A stretch of 64,000 bases of DNA from Basidiobolus meristosporus CBS 931.73 (taxonomy: Eukaryota > Fungi > Basidiobolomycota): positions 62,001 to 126,000 of the forward strand of contig MCFE01000185.1 in assembly GCA_002104905.1 (NCBI GenBank), in the 5' to 3' direction. Below are positions 36,578 to 48,500 of the stretch, one piece after another; within the stretch, counting starts at the first letter, position 1; every line of letters begins with the position of its first letter. The notes below the pieces were generated by a model that worked only from the letters and a program-made list of their open reading frames with translations, was not told the origin of the DNA and made no database searches. The position numbers were made by a program, and so were the translations under genes.

Positions 36578-37848
36578 GATCTCAGTGCATTACATCCATT
36601 TTTACTCAGTTGTGATTATCTCAGAGCTCTTGAAGGGCTGTCTTGCTTGTTTTCCATATATACAGGCTGCACACTGCTCCAAATTAGACAAGGGACTTGT
36701 TTTTACTACAGAAATTAGCTGATATTTGATCATTTTGCACAAATAGTCAAAATTGATGTGTCCAAGTCATCTGTGTTAAAGCATTGGTGTGTCATTGATC
36801 AAGTTACTAATATTGCTTCCAGATATGTTGGAATACAAGTCAACTGTATATATTCTGATATCTGATGCTCAAAATAATATGGGCACCATTTTCATCAGTG
36901 GCCCTGCATTCAGAAAACCCGCTTATTGGAATTTCTTGATACTGGGTAAAAGTACTCTCTGGCATGTGATGTGTTGAAATGTTCCAGTGTCAGTATATCA
37001 CATCTGAGATTCCTTGTATGTGATCATATTTAGTGCAGATATGAATAGTCAATTTGTAGTAGTTGCAGCATTTCCATGTGTAGGCTTTTTCTGTTGATTT
37101 TCACTCTTTTTGAAGCACCAGTCTGGTATATGGCCTTTCCATCTACAGCAGCTGCAAGATATGTTTCTGTTGGCTTTAAAGCATGTTGAGCACCTCTTTT
37201 GGTGGTTATCATCGCTTATTAATGCATATCCCCTTTCTGCTGGTTGGCACTTGAGCTTCTCAGTTTCTTATCCAAGAGTCTTGCATATCTGTGATTCATA
37301 TTCAAATCTCCAGTTCTGTGCTCTAGGGCTGATACAGGACCCTGAAACCTGTCTGTCAGGCTATTCTGGTGGGTAACTATCATATCCTCATCAGTGGTCT
37401 ATATGCCCATTGGTCCTACTTCATCATCTAGCAGGATAATTCTGTTGATTAGATATTCCATTTCTTCTTCTGAGAGCATCTCTGGAGTCAAGAAATTTTG
37501 TCTATGATATATTTTGTCAGCAGCTGAATATGACTAGTAGGCTCCTCCTAATGCCTTCCAGATATTCTCTGCTGCTTTTGCTCTTGAGTATTGAATTAGT
37601 AACTTGACTTTAACATTGAGATAAATACAGTTGAAGCTGCTTTGTACTCTCTTTTGGCACTTCAAAGCTTCTTCCCATACACCTTTGGGAGAGCATTCCT
37701 CTCCAATAGCAATATCCTAAAGGCCTCTTTCCTGTAGCAGCATCTCCATTTTCCCCTTCCAGGCTTGGTGGCTAAACCCATCCAACTTCTCAGCAGAGGG
37801 AAAATTCCAGTGATAGCAATGGCAGACATTCCAGAGAGGGACAGCTGG

Positions 37849-37860
37849 GGGCTCATAAGC
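37849..37860 (-). other. Primer binding site GCTTATGAGCCC
   Basis: Immediately follows LTR end CAACA; one or two mismatches from the copia/Ty5-type GGTTATG(A/G)GCCC. Confidence 0.75.
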
Positions 37861-38237
37861 TGTTGCACAAGTACTGGAGTAACCAGAAGTGATTGGGCAA
37901 ACTGTTGTAAGAGTGTTGGAGATATTGGAAATGATCTGGAGAGCATGTAGATTATGTGGTTTTCACTGAATGATACATTGAATGTCAATGTAGTATTCAT
38001 ACTTTTACATGGTGTTGGTAAGCAAGCAGGTAAACTATGCTCAGGAGGATGTGAGTAAAGCTTTGGGCTCTTTGGACAACCTTGAGAAATACCATGCCCT
38101 GGGTATCTGATGTTTTGGGGAAAATATTATAAGTAAATGCCAGCAAGTAATTTGGTCAGAGTTCTCCAAGATTTGTGGACCAAGATCCAAGTGACTAAGT
38201 TAGGTGAGTGTCTAGGTGCAATCATAAAATTTAAACA

Positions 38238-38531
38238 GTTTTCACTTGATGATTTATGGAATGTAAAAGTAAAATATATATTCCTGCATGGTCCTGGCAA
38301 AACAAGCATATAGAATATGCTTAGGAAGGTCCCAAGAGCATGCATGCAAAGTGTGGGGCTGTCTGGACAACCCTGCGATGTTGCATGGTCACAGGGTACC
38401 TGATGTTTTGGTGAAAATTTTCCAAGTAGACCCCAACAAGGAATTCGACCAGAATTCCCCAAGATTTGTAGGCCATGATCTAAGTGACCAAGTTGGATGA
38501 ATATCCAGGTGGAAATAGAAAATTTACAGCA
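38238..38531 (-). repeat. Extra tandem LTR copy at the edge of the repeat block
   Basis: Repeats 37960-38237; starts TGCTG; retains two CpG. Confidence 0.7.
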
Positions 38532-39591
38532 CTTGATATGCTGGAGCACATCCAGATTCGCACTGCCCCCATCACCAGGTTGACCTAGGCTGTGCTTTTA
38601 GAATGACTGTCTCATTCATTGTGGTCAGCGTTTGTATTTTTACTTTGTAAAGAATATGTATCCATCATATTGATGGGACTATGGAGTGATCAGGTACCCT
38701 GCAAGTCCACTGAGCTTCAATGGATGGAGGTTGGAGACTAGATATGATATTCTTGGCGCTGGATAGCCTAATCCAAATCATCACTTTTGACTAGGTAAAA
38801 TACCTCATTTACCACAATGGCTACTGGGTGGATGCATCGTTATATTTTGGAAGAGATGGCTTCCAAACTACTGATAGTCTAGACATCGATCTGTTGCACA
38901 ACCTGGGGTGTACTGAAACTGGCATGGAGCACTAGAAGAGACTCGAATGAAACGAACCTCAACCTCACACAGATGAGCATACCATATCCGAGCATACGCA
39001 TCAACCACAGTTTCCCAGGGCCTTGCTTAAATCACTGCGATTAGTAACTCCACAAGGTTCACCAAGAAGTAGATCTACCCTGGACACCACGCACAGCAAG
39101 TGGATTTCATACAGATCTTCCAGCACCCCCCCCCAAGTCCCCCTCCCCTCTTGCCACACACCAGGCAAGAGACTTGGACATCACATCCCCCACTTCATTA
39201 CGGGGTAGCGGAACAATATGGCAGATGGATCATTTGGAAAAGCAACACCAAATCTAACCCGCCCGATTGGAGTCAGGAGGGGTGTTGTCTAAGGTGCAGC
39301 GGGAAGCCACCTACTTCCACCCCTACGCCACACGGGGAATTGGCTTGGATGCGTTGATCGGTTAGAGAAGGGTTTATTTGTCGATTGCATCTCCCCTGGC
39401 TGGTGATCAGGAAAGCGGGTGAAGGGAGAGAAGGGGAAGGGGGGATGGAGAACGTGAGTGAGGATAGATTGACCACACGGCCATTAAGAAATTACATAGT
39501 ATAGAATAGGACGTGGAGGAGGCGGGCGAGGGAGGGGCCGAAATTTGGGTGTTGGCGGAGGGACGGTGTGGGAAAGCAGATTCGAGGAGGT

Positions 39592-40332
39592 TTAGGCATG
39601 GGCGAAACTGGATAAAGTACACAGCAAAGAGGAAGCCAAGGAGGCTTCAGGGGTGGTGGCTCTGGAGGCCCTCGGTGGGGATTCCTGTAGGGTGGTGTAA
39701 TACTTACGCCAGTAACTATGGGACGTATCGAACCACTGTCGCTGGCCAAGGTCCAGGTATTGGGTGCGTCTAGCCTCCTGCCGACTCCAGTAGTGGCCCA
39801 GGCACTGAAGCCAGTGGACGAACTCCTTCTCGGTGGCGTACAGGTCGAAGTCGATGAACACCAGGAACTCCAACTCCATCCGGTTGAGCTCCTCCACCGG
39901 GATCCGGGTCACTTCGGACCAGGTTTTGTTGGTGTAGGTGGAGTCGTCCAGAAACTTGCTGGCCAACATCAGGGCCACCGTGAACAGTCTATACTCGGAG
40001 CCCTTGTCTCCGCCGGCGGAGGGGCTGTAACTTTTGAACCGATGAATGTACTGCAGTGCGGTCAGGATGATGGTGGACGACAGCTCGGTGGTGAAGATCA
40101 GCGCGCTGCAGAACGCCTTGAAATCCGCACTGGCGGTGTGGGAGAAGGAGCTGAACTGGGTGCTCCACATGTAGCTCACCATATTGGCGGCGAACTCGGC
40201 CAGCCGGAAGGTACTAATGTCCGGGAGGAACTGGAGAATCCTCTCGCGCACCACTGACTCGCACTGCTGGCTGGCCCTGCTGAACACGCAAAAATCCGTA
40301 TGGTCGTAGTCCGAAGCGTATCGAGTTCCCAT
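39592..40332 (-). CDS. PHO80/PCL-family (Pho85-type) cyclin
   Basis: TELSSTIILTALQYIHR..YRLFTVALMLASKFLDDSTYTNKTWSEVTRIPVEELNRMELEFLVFIDFDL. Confidence 0.9.
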   Translation of the reverse strand: MGTRYASDYDHTDFCVFSRASQQCESVVRERILQFLPDISTFRLAEFAANMVSYMWSTQFSSFSHTASADFKAFCSALIFTTELSSTIILTALQYIHRFKSYSPSAGGDKGSEYRLFTVALMLASKFLDDSTYTNKTWSEVTRIPVEELNRMELEFLVFIDFDLYATEKEFVHWLQCLGHYWSRQEARRTQYLDLGQRQWFDTSHSYWRKYYTTLQESPPRASRATTPEASLASSLLCTLSSFAHA

Positions 40333-41851
40333 GGTTCGCACTGTGAACGTACTACGTGACAGGGGCGAAGAATGAGTGAGGGAAGTCGACTGAGGGGAAG
40401 GGGGAAACGTGGCGACCGTTGGGTTCGTGGGTGCTTTATACCTGAACCGGCACGCCTACCAGTGTGACTTGGGCGAAGTTACACCAAATGCCCTTCCAGT
40501 TGATCAGATCTCCAATGGAATCCACCTTACATCAGCAACTGGATTATTTATACATCAATCGCACTGATGTTCACTCGCTACCAGCCGAGCCACGCACGAT
40601 TTTCACATGGGACTCATGATAATCAGGCTCATTCTCGGTCTGGTGAGTGGGTAGCTTAGATCGAAAAGTCCATGTTCCACATCACCGCTTGCATCTACTC
40701 ACCAGTGGCCACATTACACTGGTGATCTCACCCTCCCCTGCCAGAGTCAGGGATGCCTCAGCTAATTAGACGAGCATTTTATCATGCATCGACCCATCGT
40801 GGCGAAGGGTCGGATTTATGCCAAACAGCCCGTTTGTCTCATAATGTGGAGCGGTGTTGCACAACGGCAAGCTCAGCCAACAGCAACCTGGTTGGCCTGA
40901 CCAAGAACAAATCATTCGTAAACCAAATCATGCTTCCAAAATGGGGGGAATAGTTTATTTACAAGTTTCCAGGGGGTCCGCTGGCGTACCTAGAGGAAGG
41001 GTTGTGTGAGTCATGGATGGGACGGGATGGGAAGAATCTGGATGAGGGTGCTCAGTCCGGAAAGATGTCTGTCACAGCGGATCAGTAGTCTAACAAATAT
41101 TTTGGATACCATCATCGCACCTCCCTCCTTACGCTAAATGCTACTTACATTGTCATTGACATAGCACGGCGTTCAACCAGAGATACCGATGGGTCGCGGT
41201 CTAATGGGGATGGAGATTAGTTATGTGGTGTGGATGGGCTATCTTAGGATAATGCTCAGTATATGACTGTCCAACATTGTAGTTTCGGTAGTCTAACAAA
41301 TAATTTATACCATCATAGCATCGGTTAAGATTGCATGGAATTGCTGACTTACCTCCGAATGATTGCGGATACCTGAACTTCCGCCCTTGTCCGCACTTAT
41401 ATATCTGCGCTCCTTTGCATGATTGGACCTGGAGCGAGAAAAAATTCCTCTCCTAAGGCATGGGTGCCTGGGTGTCCCCCTAGTGAATAGCGGTCGGTGA
41501 ATCCGATTGGGCCCCAAGGTTTCTAGAAAAATCTCGTTCGGGTTTGTGATAATGCAGCTGGAGGGCGGACCAATCCGGAGGTGCTATCGCGTAAGGGCAG
41601 AAACCGAGCTCTATCCATGAGTTTGTTTATTGACGTGGGTGGGAGCGGGGGTAGGAGAGGGAGTCGGGTGCAGCAGAGTATTCATACGTCGCTAGCGAAT
41701 GGAAAGAGTATCGCCACTCTATGGCCAGTTGGGTTTCTTATCTTGGGCGTGATTATGCTAGGATTCGAGGGCTCCTGGTTAGGCAGTATGGGAGTGGGAT
41801 AAAGGGTTGGGGGTGTGGAATATGGGGTCGATCGCATCGGTAGCCAATTCC

Positions 41852-42616
41852 TTAGTGATGTCCACTGGTTCCACCATAACTTTCGTGCCCACTACCTACA
41901 GATGCAACTTCAGGGATTGTTTCGGCCCCTATCGACTGGAAATGTTGTGGCAGATCTTGAATTGGATCGTGGTGCCCGCTGAACCCGCCATACTGCGTAT
42001 GTGCAGCTGCACTCTCGTGAGCCTGGTTGCTGCTGACTGAATGAGTGCTTACGGAGATCGTCTCCTGAGCGCTGGCGGTGTTGGTAGGTATACTGGACAT
42101 GGTCCCTGAATTCTCGTCGGCCATGTAGGCGGTTGGGACATCCTTTGGTGGGTATATCTCCGTCGCCTGGCTGTCTGGGTGGTTCGAGTCGGTTGAGAAG
42201 TCGTCCTCGATATCATTGGCTGGTGCAAGCTCGGAGGCAGCTTCGTCTGGCAGCTCCTCTTGATCTGGATGACCGACGTCGGTAAAGGTCAGATCGGTCT
42301 CGTCTATGCTCGTCGAATCAGAGCTATCATCCTGATATTCATATACATCATCGTCAAGTTCAATCTCGGTATCCGTGTCATTGCTCTGTGGAAGAGCCTG
42401 ATGCCGCCACCAAACATTATTGGCATCGCTTGTGCCGGAGTCGTTTTGGGGGCTTGTTTCTGCCGAACCTCTGGATTTGGAACAGCTCTGGTACTGCTGG
42501 TCTAAACCAGATATGTTGTAAGCTTCAGTCAGGCCATTTGCTGTACGGGCAAACAATGTGGCAGCGTCAATGGATGACGTCCCCAAGATAAGCAAAATCA
42601 GGGATGGTACTATCAT
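41852..42616 (-). CDS. Putative secreted acidic, low-complexity protein
   Basis: Signal-like MIVPSLILLILGTSSIDA; D/E/S/T-rich body; 3' end may be frameshifted. Confidence 0.65.
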   Translation of the reverse strand: MIVPSLILLILGTSSIDAATLFARTANGLTEAYNISGLDQQYQSCSKSRGSAETSPQNDSGTSDANNVWWRHQALPQSNDTDTEIELDDDVYEYQDDSSDSTSIDETDLTFTDVGHPDQEELPDEAASELAPANDIEDDFSTDSNHPDSQATEIYPPKDVPTAYMADENSGTMSSIPTNTASAQETISVSTHSVSSNQAHESAAAHTQYGGFSGHHDPIQDLPQHFQSIGAETIPEVASVGSGHESYGGTSGHH

Positions 42617-43509
42617 GTCTTGAGGGATCTAAGGATTCGTATACGTGTGGTTGGCTTCACTCTCCGGGGATCCACAGACTGGTATATATATCAAGCAATC
42701 CTTGGATGCACGTTGGAGTTGTTTCTAACAAGGGAATTATTTGGCACAGATGGTGTTTGGTGGGTATCAAATGCACACAGTATTTGTTGATGACTGCATT
42801 GCTGCCAGATCCACAACGGTGCATCTGCTACGTTTTTACGCTACGCGGATAACAGGATCTGGGGTGGAGTCGGGCTTTGTTTCAAGGATTTCCAAATCCA
42901 CCTACTTCTTGTCGTGTGGCTTGTTCTATGCCATTGCAAGTGAAAGCCACAAACATTCGATAATTATCGACCCATGTGCATTGGATTCTATATTTGAGCT
43001 GGTGTGACTGCCGGTGTACAAATTCCAAGGATTTCGCTCGATAACAGGTGACCTTTCTCTCTCACAAACACCTCACACATTGGCAATCTATTTTCAGCAG
43101 ATTAAGAGCCATGAGTGATTTCACTGTCAATATCCAAGGCTCTACGTTTACCCAATGGAGACCTGCAGGCCAAGGATATAGCATCTTGGGAGCAGGACAT
43201 CCCATTTTGTAAACGCCCGCCCACAAGGAAGGTTGCCTTCCCGATAATGCAGCCAGCGATTTCGCTCGGGGCTCATAACCTGTTGATGGCGGCTTGTTAG
43301 TGCATGCTGTGCTATGTGTGGAGAGGGGATCAACATCCCAGTGAACAAATCCCGTTCTTGGAACATAAAATTTCGGTTATTTTGTCAATGAGCGAACAAT
43401 GGTGTCTATTGATTTGACATACATCGGGTGGAAGAAATAAATAGGATGGCATTAAAGTATTAGGCAACAAATAATTAAGAGTCTATTGTGTAATTGAGTA
43501 AGTTGACTT

Positions 43510-44499
43510 CTATCCAGTGGGCTTCAACCCTGGCCCAAGCTCATGGTTGAGTATCCCCTGTTGACAGTGCACATCCTGATGAATCTGCAAGCCAGGAATT
43601 CCCTTCCTTTGGCACCGCCACCCATTGGAAATGACCAGGTAGGTAAAGGCTGATTGATCCTGCCGGTGGTTGGCCCTACTAGAGCCTGGTGGCGCTATGC
43701 AGGCCTTGACCAAAGCACAATCAAGCAGTGACCGGATGAGCTTGCTCATGATGGTTTCCTTTCCGAGTATTATAGCTGATGAACGCCCCATTGCTGTTTT
43801 TTACGTGGGCGTAGCAGGTCGCGGGGGCATTGAAATAGGCATACATTCCGGGAGGAGTATATTCCTTCATGAATCCAGTGCTGGTGGGGTTGTAGTAGCC
43901 GTGCACTTTAATACGGCCCACCACGGAGTGTAGAAAGGCAGAGCTGACACGCTCTTTGCAGTCCATCCACAGTATAACACCGGGGTACCTCCCGGCAGTT
44001 TCGTTGATGATCCCAGCCTTCCAGGCATACTCACCACGGCTTATCTGGATGTTCCGGAATGCGGGATACCTCGCATAGTCGAAGCGGACCACCTCATCGG
44101 CATAGCCTTTCTACACAACGCCGTCAAGCTTAGCTCGCTCCTTCGAAGTGAGGCCTATATTGTAAACAACTATACGGGGTAGTTCGCTGCGTGGAAGAGT
44201 ATCAGGCATGCTATACAAGAAGCGGAGTACGGGGCAAAAATGGTTGGAGCTCGCGGCGGTGACGATGGTGTATGGGCGTCCATTCCTCGCCTCGTACATG
44301 CTCTGGAAGCATCCGTTGTTGAGCTCTGAAAGCAAGTATGTTCATTAGAGAAGCAACTGGATATGAGTGCTGGGTGGTACCTACCATCAATGGAGCACAG
44401 GAGGTTTGTCTTCAAATTGTATGCAGTCAGGGTTGATGTGAATATGAACCCCAGAAATATCAACACCAGCCAAAGCAACGTGGCCCTCCTTCTGTTCAT
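43510..44499 (-). pseudogene. DUF1647-like type II membrane protein, disabled
   Basis: N-terminal TM; intron 44326-44384; IVTAASSNHF, VYNIGL, YAWKAGII, WMD, CAL.K.CIAP.GS.R.NHRQDQS; in-frame TAG at 44111-44113 and a 1-nt frameshift near 43760. Confidence 0.75.
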
Positions 44500-45533
44500 T
44501 TATTGCGGAGATGGAAAATGCGAAATGCCCTGAGAAAAACTGCTGGTTGACGCGGCGGGTTGAGTTTAAATAGTGGGGAGGGGAGGGGAGTAGCAAAGCT
44601 ATGAAGCAGGATGCGGTGTAATCAGTTGCAAATCCTAAAGCATGTTCATTACGGAGCCTTAATTGTTGGCGCACTTCAGGCAGAGTGTAAGCTGAGATTG
44701 GGTTACTTTGGTAACACCTTGCTACTGCTCCTATTGCTGAAGAATGCACCATCTTTCTCAATAGGCAGGCATTCCCACTGAAGCTACACACGGCCGTTAA
44801 GCTTATATCTGCGAAGACCTCAAATCGCATATGGCAATGGCGTACACGGTTTCCAGAGCTGCCACTGAGAATCGGCGGGTAAACCCCATCGATCTTCACC
44901 AATAAAGTAGGCTCTTTGGTCACTCGGCATTTCCTTGATATGGGATTCCTTACATCGTTGAGGCTTGGCCATGGGGACTTTCAGGGTCTGTACGATCCGA
45001 GGCTCGCATCGAGCGTTCACATGGATGCCGAGAGGGTTGTTTTTAGGGCACCTGCATGATCCAACTGACCATTGCTGTGTATGCTGTGCCTCACGCCGAC
45101 AGACATATCGAACCTAAATGCGTAGCTTGGTTATCACTTAAGGACTTAAAGCGACAAGCTCGGAAACACCCATCATGCGAGTCGTTCCGAAATATACGCA
45201 CACGAGGAGATGGTGAGACTGCCTTCGCCAATTCCTGAACACTCAAGCATTGCGTGTGACGATCTAGCCTGGACATCACCAGCCAAATGCCAAGGAATGG
45301 GAAGGCGTACGTGGCACCAAGGAGGATTGGGATGCCAGCTTTGTTTCAGTATTCAGCGGTGGCGTCGCCGATGCGGGGACGAAGGGGTGGATCATGGCAA
45401 GCATCAATGTATAATTCAATTTCGTTTACTTTTGTGGCCGATTATTTAGGAATGGTACATTTTGTGGACGACAAACAAATATATATGCACGTGATATGTA
45501 GGTAGAGAATGGCGGAGACACTAGGAAGCAGGC

Positions 45534-48500
45534 CTATAGTTGGGTAGCATTCATGAGGTAGAACTCTGCGCTGTTTTCGCCAGTTCTGGGAAGATCGTAG
45601 AAGATTCTACGCGCAATACTCTCGTTGGCCCCGAACGAGAGATCGTTCTGCTTTTGATCGCTCAGGATCTCCTTCAGATCGGCCTTGTGCTCCTGGACCC
45701 AATGGTCCCAGAAGGAGGCGATGGAGCTGTTCATGATCTTAATAAGATCAATCTCCCCGGGGTTTCCGGCCTTGCCCTCATTCGTGATGGCCTTGTATAC
45801 CACGATCAGACATTCAACAGCGATTTGGCGCTCAGCGGGGTCCAGAATGCAATCGAGGAACTTCTCGACCTCGAGGGCGAAGTTGAACTCTTCAGGGGTC
45901 TTTTCAGAGACGGTGGGGTCCCTGGGAAGGAAATATTCTCCGATGCGGATTCCCTTGGAGTTTTCGAGGACCTTCCAGACCTTTGGATAGAATCTTTCTG
46001 GCACGCGGTTGAAAGCACCGTCATTCTTACGTCTGCGCAGCCAGCGACCGTTGGAGGGGCCATGGTGCGATGAGGTCTTGAACGAGTTGGTTGCTTTGTG
46101 AGTGGAAAGATCGTACACCTTTCTCAAAACCTCTGTGGGCCCCGTGCCGGATGCCTTGTGGGCCTCCACAGCCTCTCCCTTGGCAGCTCCCTTCTCACCA
46201 ATCAAACACCAAGAATCCCGATACTTGATGGTATCGATGTGTTTGCTACCCAGGCCTTCGATGGCAAGCTTGGCATTCAGCGTCAAATGCTCAACGAAGT
46301 CATCCTTGGCACTGATCACCACAACGGTGCCGGGGTCAAGCCACTCGACAAGCTTGACGAAGTCCTCCGCGTCATTCTCGGAGATATGGGTATCGAAGCT
46401 AGTGGTCTCAAGGATTACTCCCTCAACGGGGTCGACCACGACCACATTCAACCCACGGTTACTGATGTTGATGGAGTTCTCGTTGATCTCGATGCGGGAG
46501 AAGTTCCCGTCAGCATAACCCGCGGACTGCACGCTGATGTTCAATAGAGATTTGTTGCAGGATCTGTCCACCACACACACATTTCTCCAGCGATTACCCA
46601 CTTGCTTGCTCTCAGTGGTGACCGACTCGCCACCGCTACTGCTCAGATTGGGGCCGCTGAGAATGGTGCCAAGCAGCGACTTCAGCTCGTATGGGCTAAG
46701 CTGGGTCAGCTGCTCGACAGCCTCCTCCTCATCGCAGCCCTTCATTCTGGAGATTTCTTCACGGAGGGCGATGATGATGTAGTGGGTTCGGAGACGCATG
46801 ATACCTTCAAACAGTTGTGGATCAGCACGCATGAAGCTACCGAGGTAAGTAAGGATTTCTTGAACCAAGGAGGCCTCGCGAACATCATCAGCACTACGCG
46901 AGTAGATGATATCAGTGAGCGCCTCGGGAGCCAGGGGAGATGTGATGAAGATCTCATTCTCACCGGACCCAATGGTGACCTCCTTCTGGCGGATCACCAG
47001 ATCGGTCAAATTGATGGTCAGCGAGCTGGCCACCTTCTTGAGGAGGCCTGCGGACTGACGCACAATTCCCCAGAGCTTGAGTTGGAGGGCCTTCTTGTAG
47101 ATCTCCTCCACCAGCACACCGACGGTTGCCATGAGTGGCTCGACATACAGCTCTGCACCATGGCATGAGTACAGATAGTGGAGAAGATCGATCTGGTCGA
47201 ACATGTTCGTGGTGGAGCCGAGTAGCGAGAGGGCTGCGGGAACTTGGGAGGTATCCCCGAGGGTCAGGGCAAGCATATCAGCAGTGATCGGAGATTCGGG
47301 ATCGGATTCATCATCTTCGGTGGGAGGCTCCACGGGCTCCGCTTCGATATTATTACTGATTTCCTTGGCGCTGGGTTTGCTGTCGACAGTGCTGGTTGGC
47401 TCTTCGGTCTTCACCTGTACACCAAAGTACCCCTCCTCGGTGGACTTCTCCGACTGGATAAGAGGGGTCATCAGATTCGAACTGGACCAGATACCAGACT
47501 TGGTTCTTTGGATCGAACGACGTCTGGAGCTCGAGCGTTTAGAGGACTTGGATCGGAGTCTTATACCGGATGCACCAGCGTTGCAGCCGCGAAGGGTGGC
47601 CTGCCAATCCACTTGGTTCTTGTTGACCAAGAAATCAAGGCTCTCGATGCAGCTTGTGTTGACCATCTCGTTAAGTCTGCCCAACTTGACCCGAACACCA
47701 TTGCAATTTCCGGTGCGAAGAGTCATCATGAAATTCATCAGGTTGCGCTTGTTGCTCCACCCGAGGGCGTTTCTACGCCATTGCTCCTCGTTCTGATCCT
47801 CCGCGTTCGATCTCAAGAACTGGGACGAGGCAGCCGGTAGCTGTTCCCCGTTGAGCATTTCATGGGTGAGGAGGACAACGACAGTTGGTCTGCCTGGGTA
47901 GAACCAATGCTGTTGAACGAAGGCAAGCTCATGCTCGAAGACGGAAACTAGGTAGTCATTGTCCGAAGACAGGTAGAACTGCTCCTTGTCCATGAAGTTA
48001 GGTGTGAAGGCATGAAGCTGTCCTTGAACGCGGTAGAGCTTACTGGTACCCAGTGTGCCGATGGGTCTGCCGGGTCTTCCGGAAAGCGCTAGCTTTTCAT
48101 TCATGCCCAAGGTGGCGTACACCTCCTTGAGAGCATTGGGCGGGGAGATGGTGATTGGGCTGACCTGCTCAAAAGTCTGGGTTTCCAATCCGTATGTGGC
48201 CAGTTGGGATTGAAGGGCAGCATCCTCGGCCACTAGAGCGATCTGAACGACGGTATCGGTGTAGTGAGTACGTTGGGCGTTGAATCTGCGCCCGAGCGGG
48301 TCGACTTCAGAAACCGAGAGTAGTTTGTCGTAGATCAGATTGCCAAGGATGTAGAGCGAATTGGCCCACACAAGAGGGATGTTGTCGTTGGGTACACGTG
48401 TCTGGGAGCCGGGATTCGCCTTTTCAGCTTCGACAGCTTCCTTGGGGACAATATACAATTCGGGGATTAAGGGGAAGCTCTCACGGGCTCTGGGCGAGAG

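Larger units (their letters stand above)
33702..38237 (-). mobile_element. Near full-length, heavily decayed Ty1/copia element (family B)
   Basis: 5' LTR ~37861-38237, PBS, gag-like region, protease ISTHHMP, L*HR*LGHINF..CAACIYGKQARQPF, ITFIDD, SKLEPKG..IESRDV, RT, RVKHVDIGHH, PPT AGAGG|TGTTG at 34144; left limit of the 3' LTR is approximate. Confidence 0.8.

Noticed and set aside
37960-38531. Apparent ~93-aa repeated protein module (FSL.DL.NV.VVF.LLHG)
   Set aside because: The repeat is bounded by TG..CA, PPT and PBS, so it is an LTR, not a coding repeat.
44111-44113. TAG reassignment or readthrough as explanation of the in-frame stop
   Set aside because: ATP11, the PhK subunit and the monooxygenase all terminate normally at TAG, and the same gene also has a frameshift.
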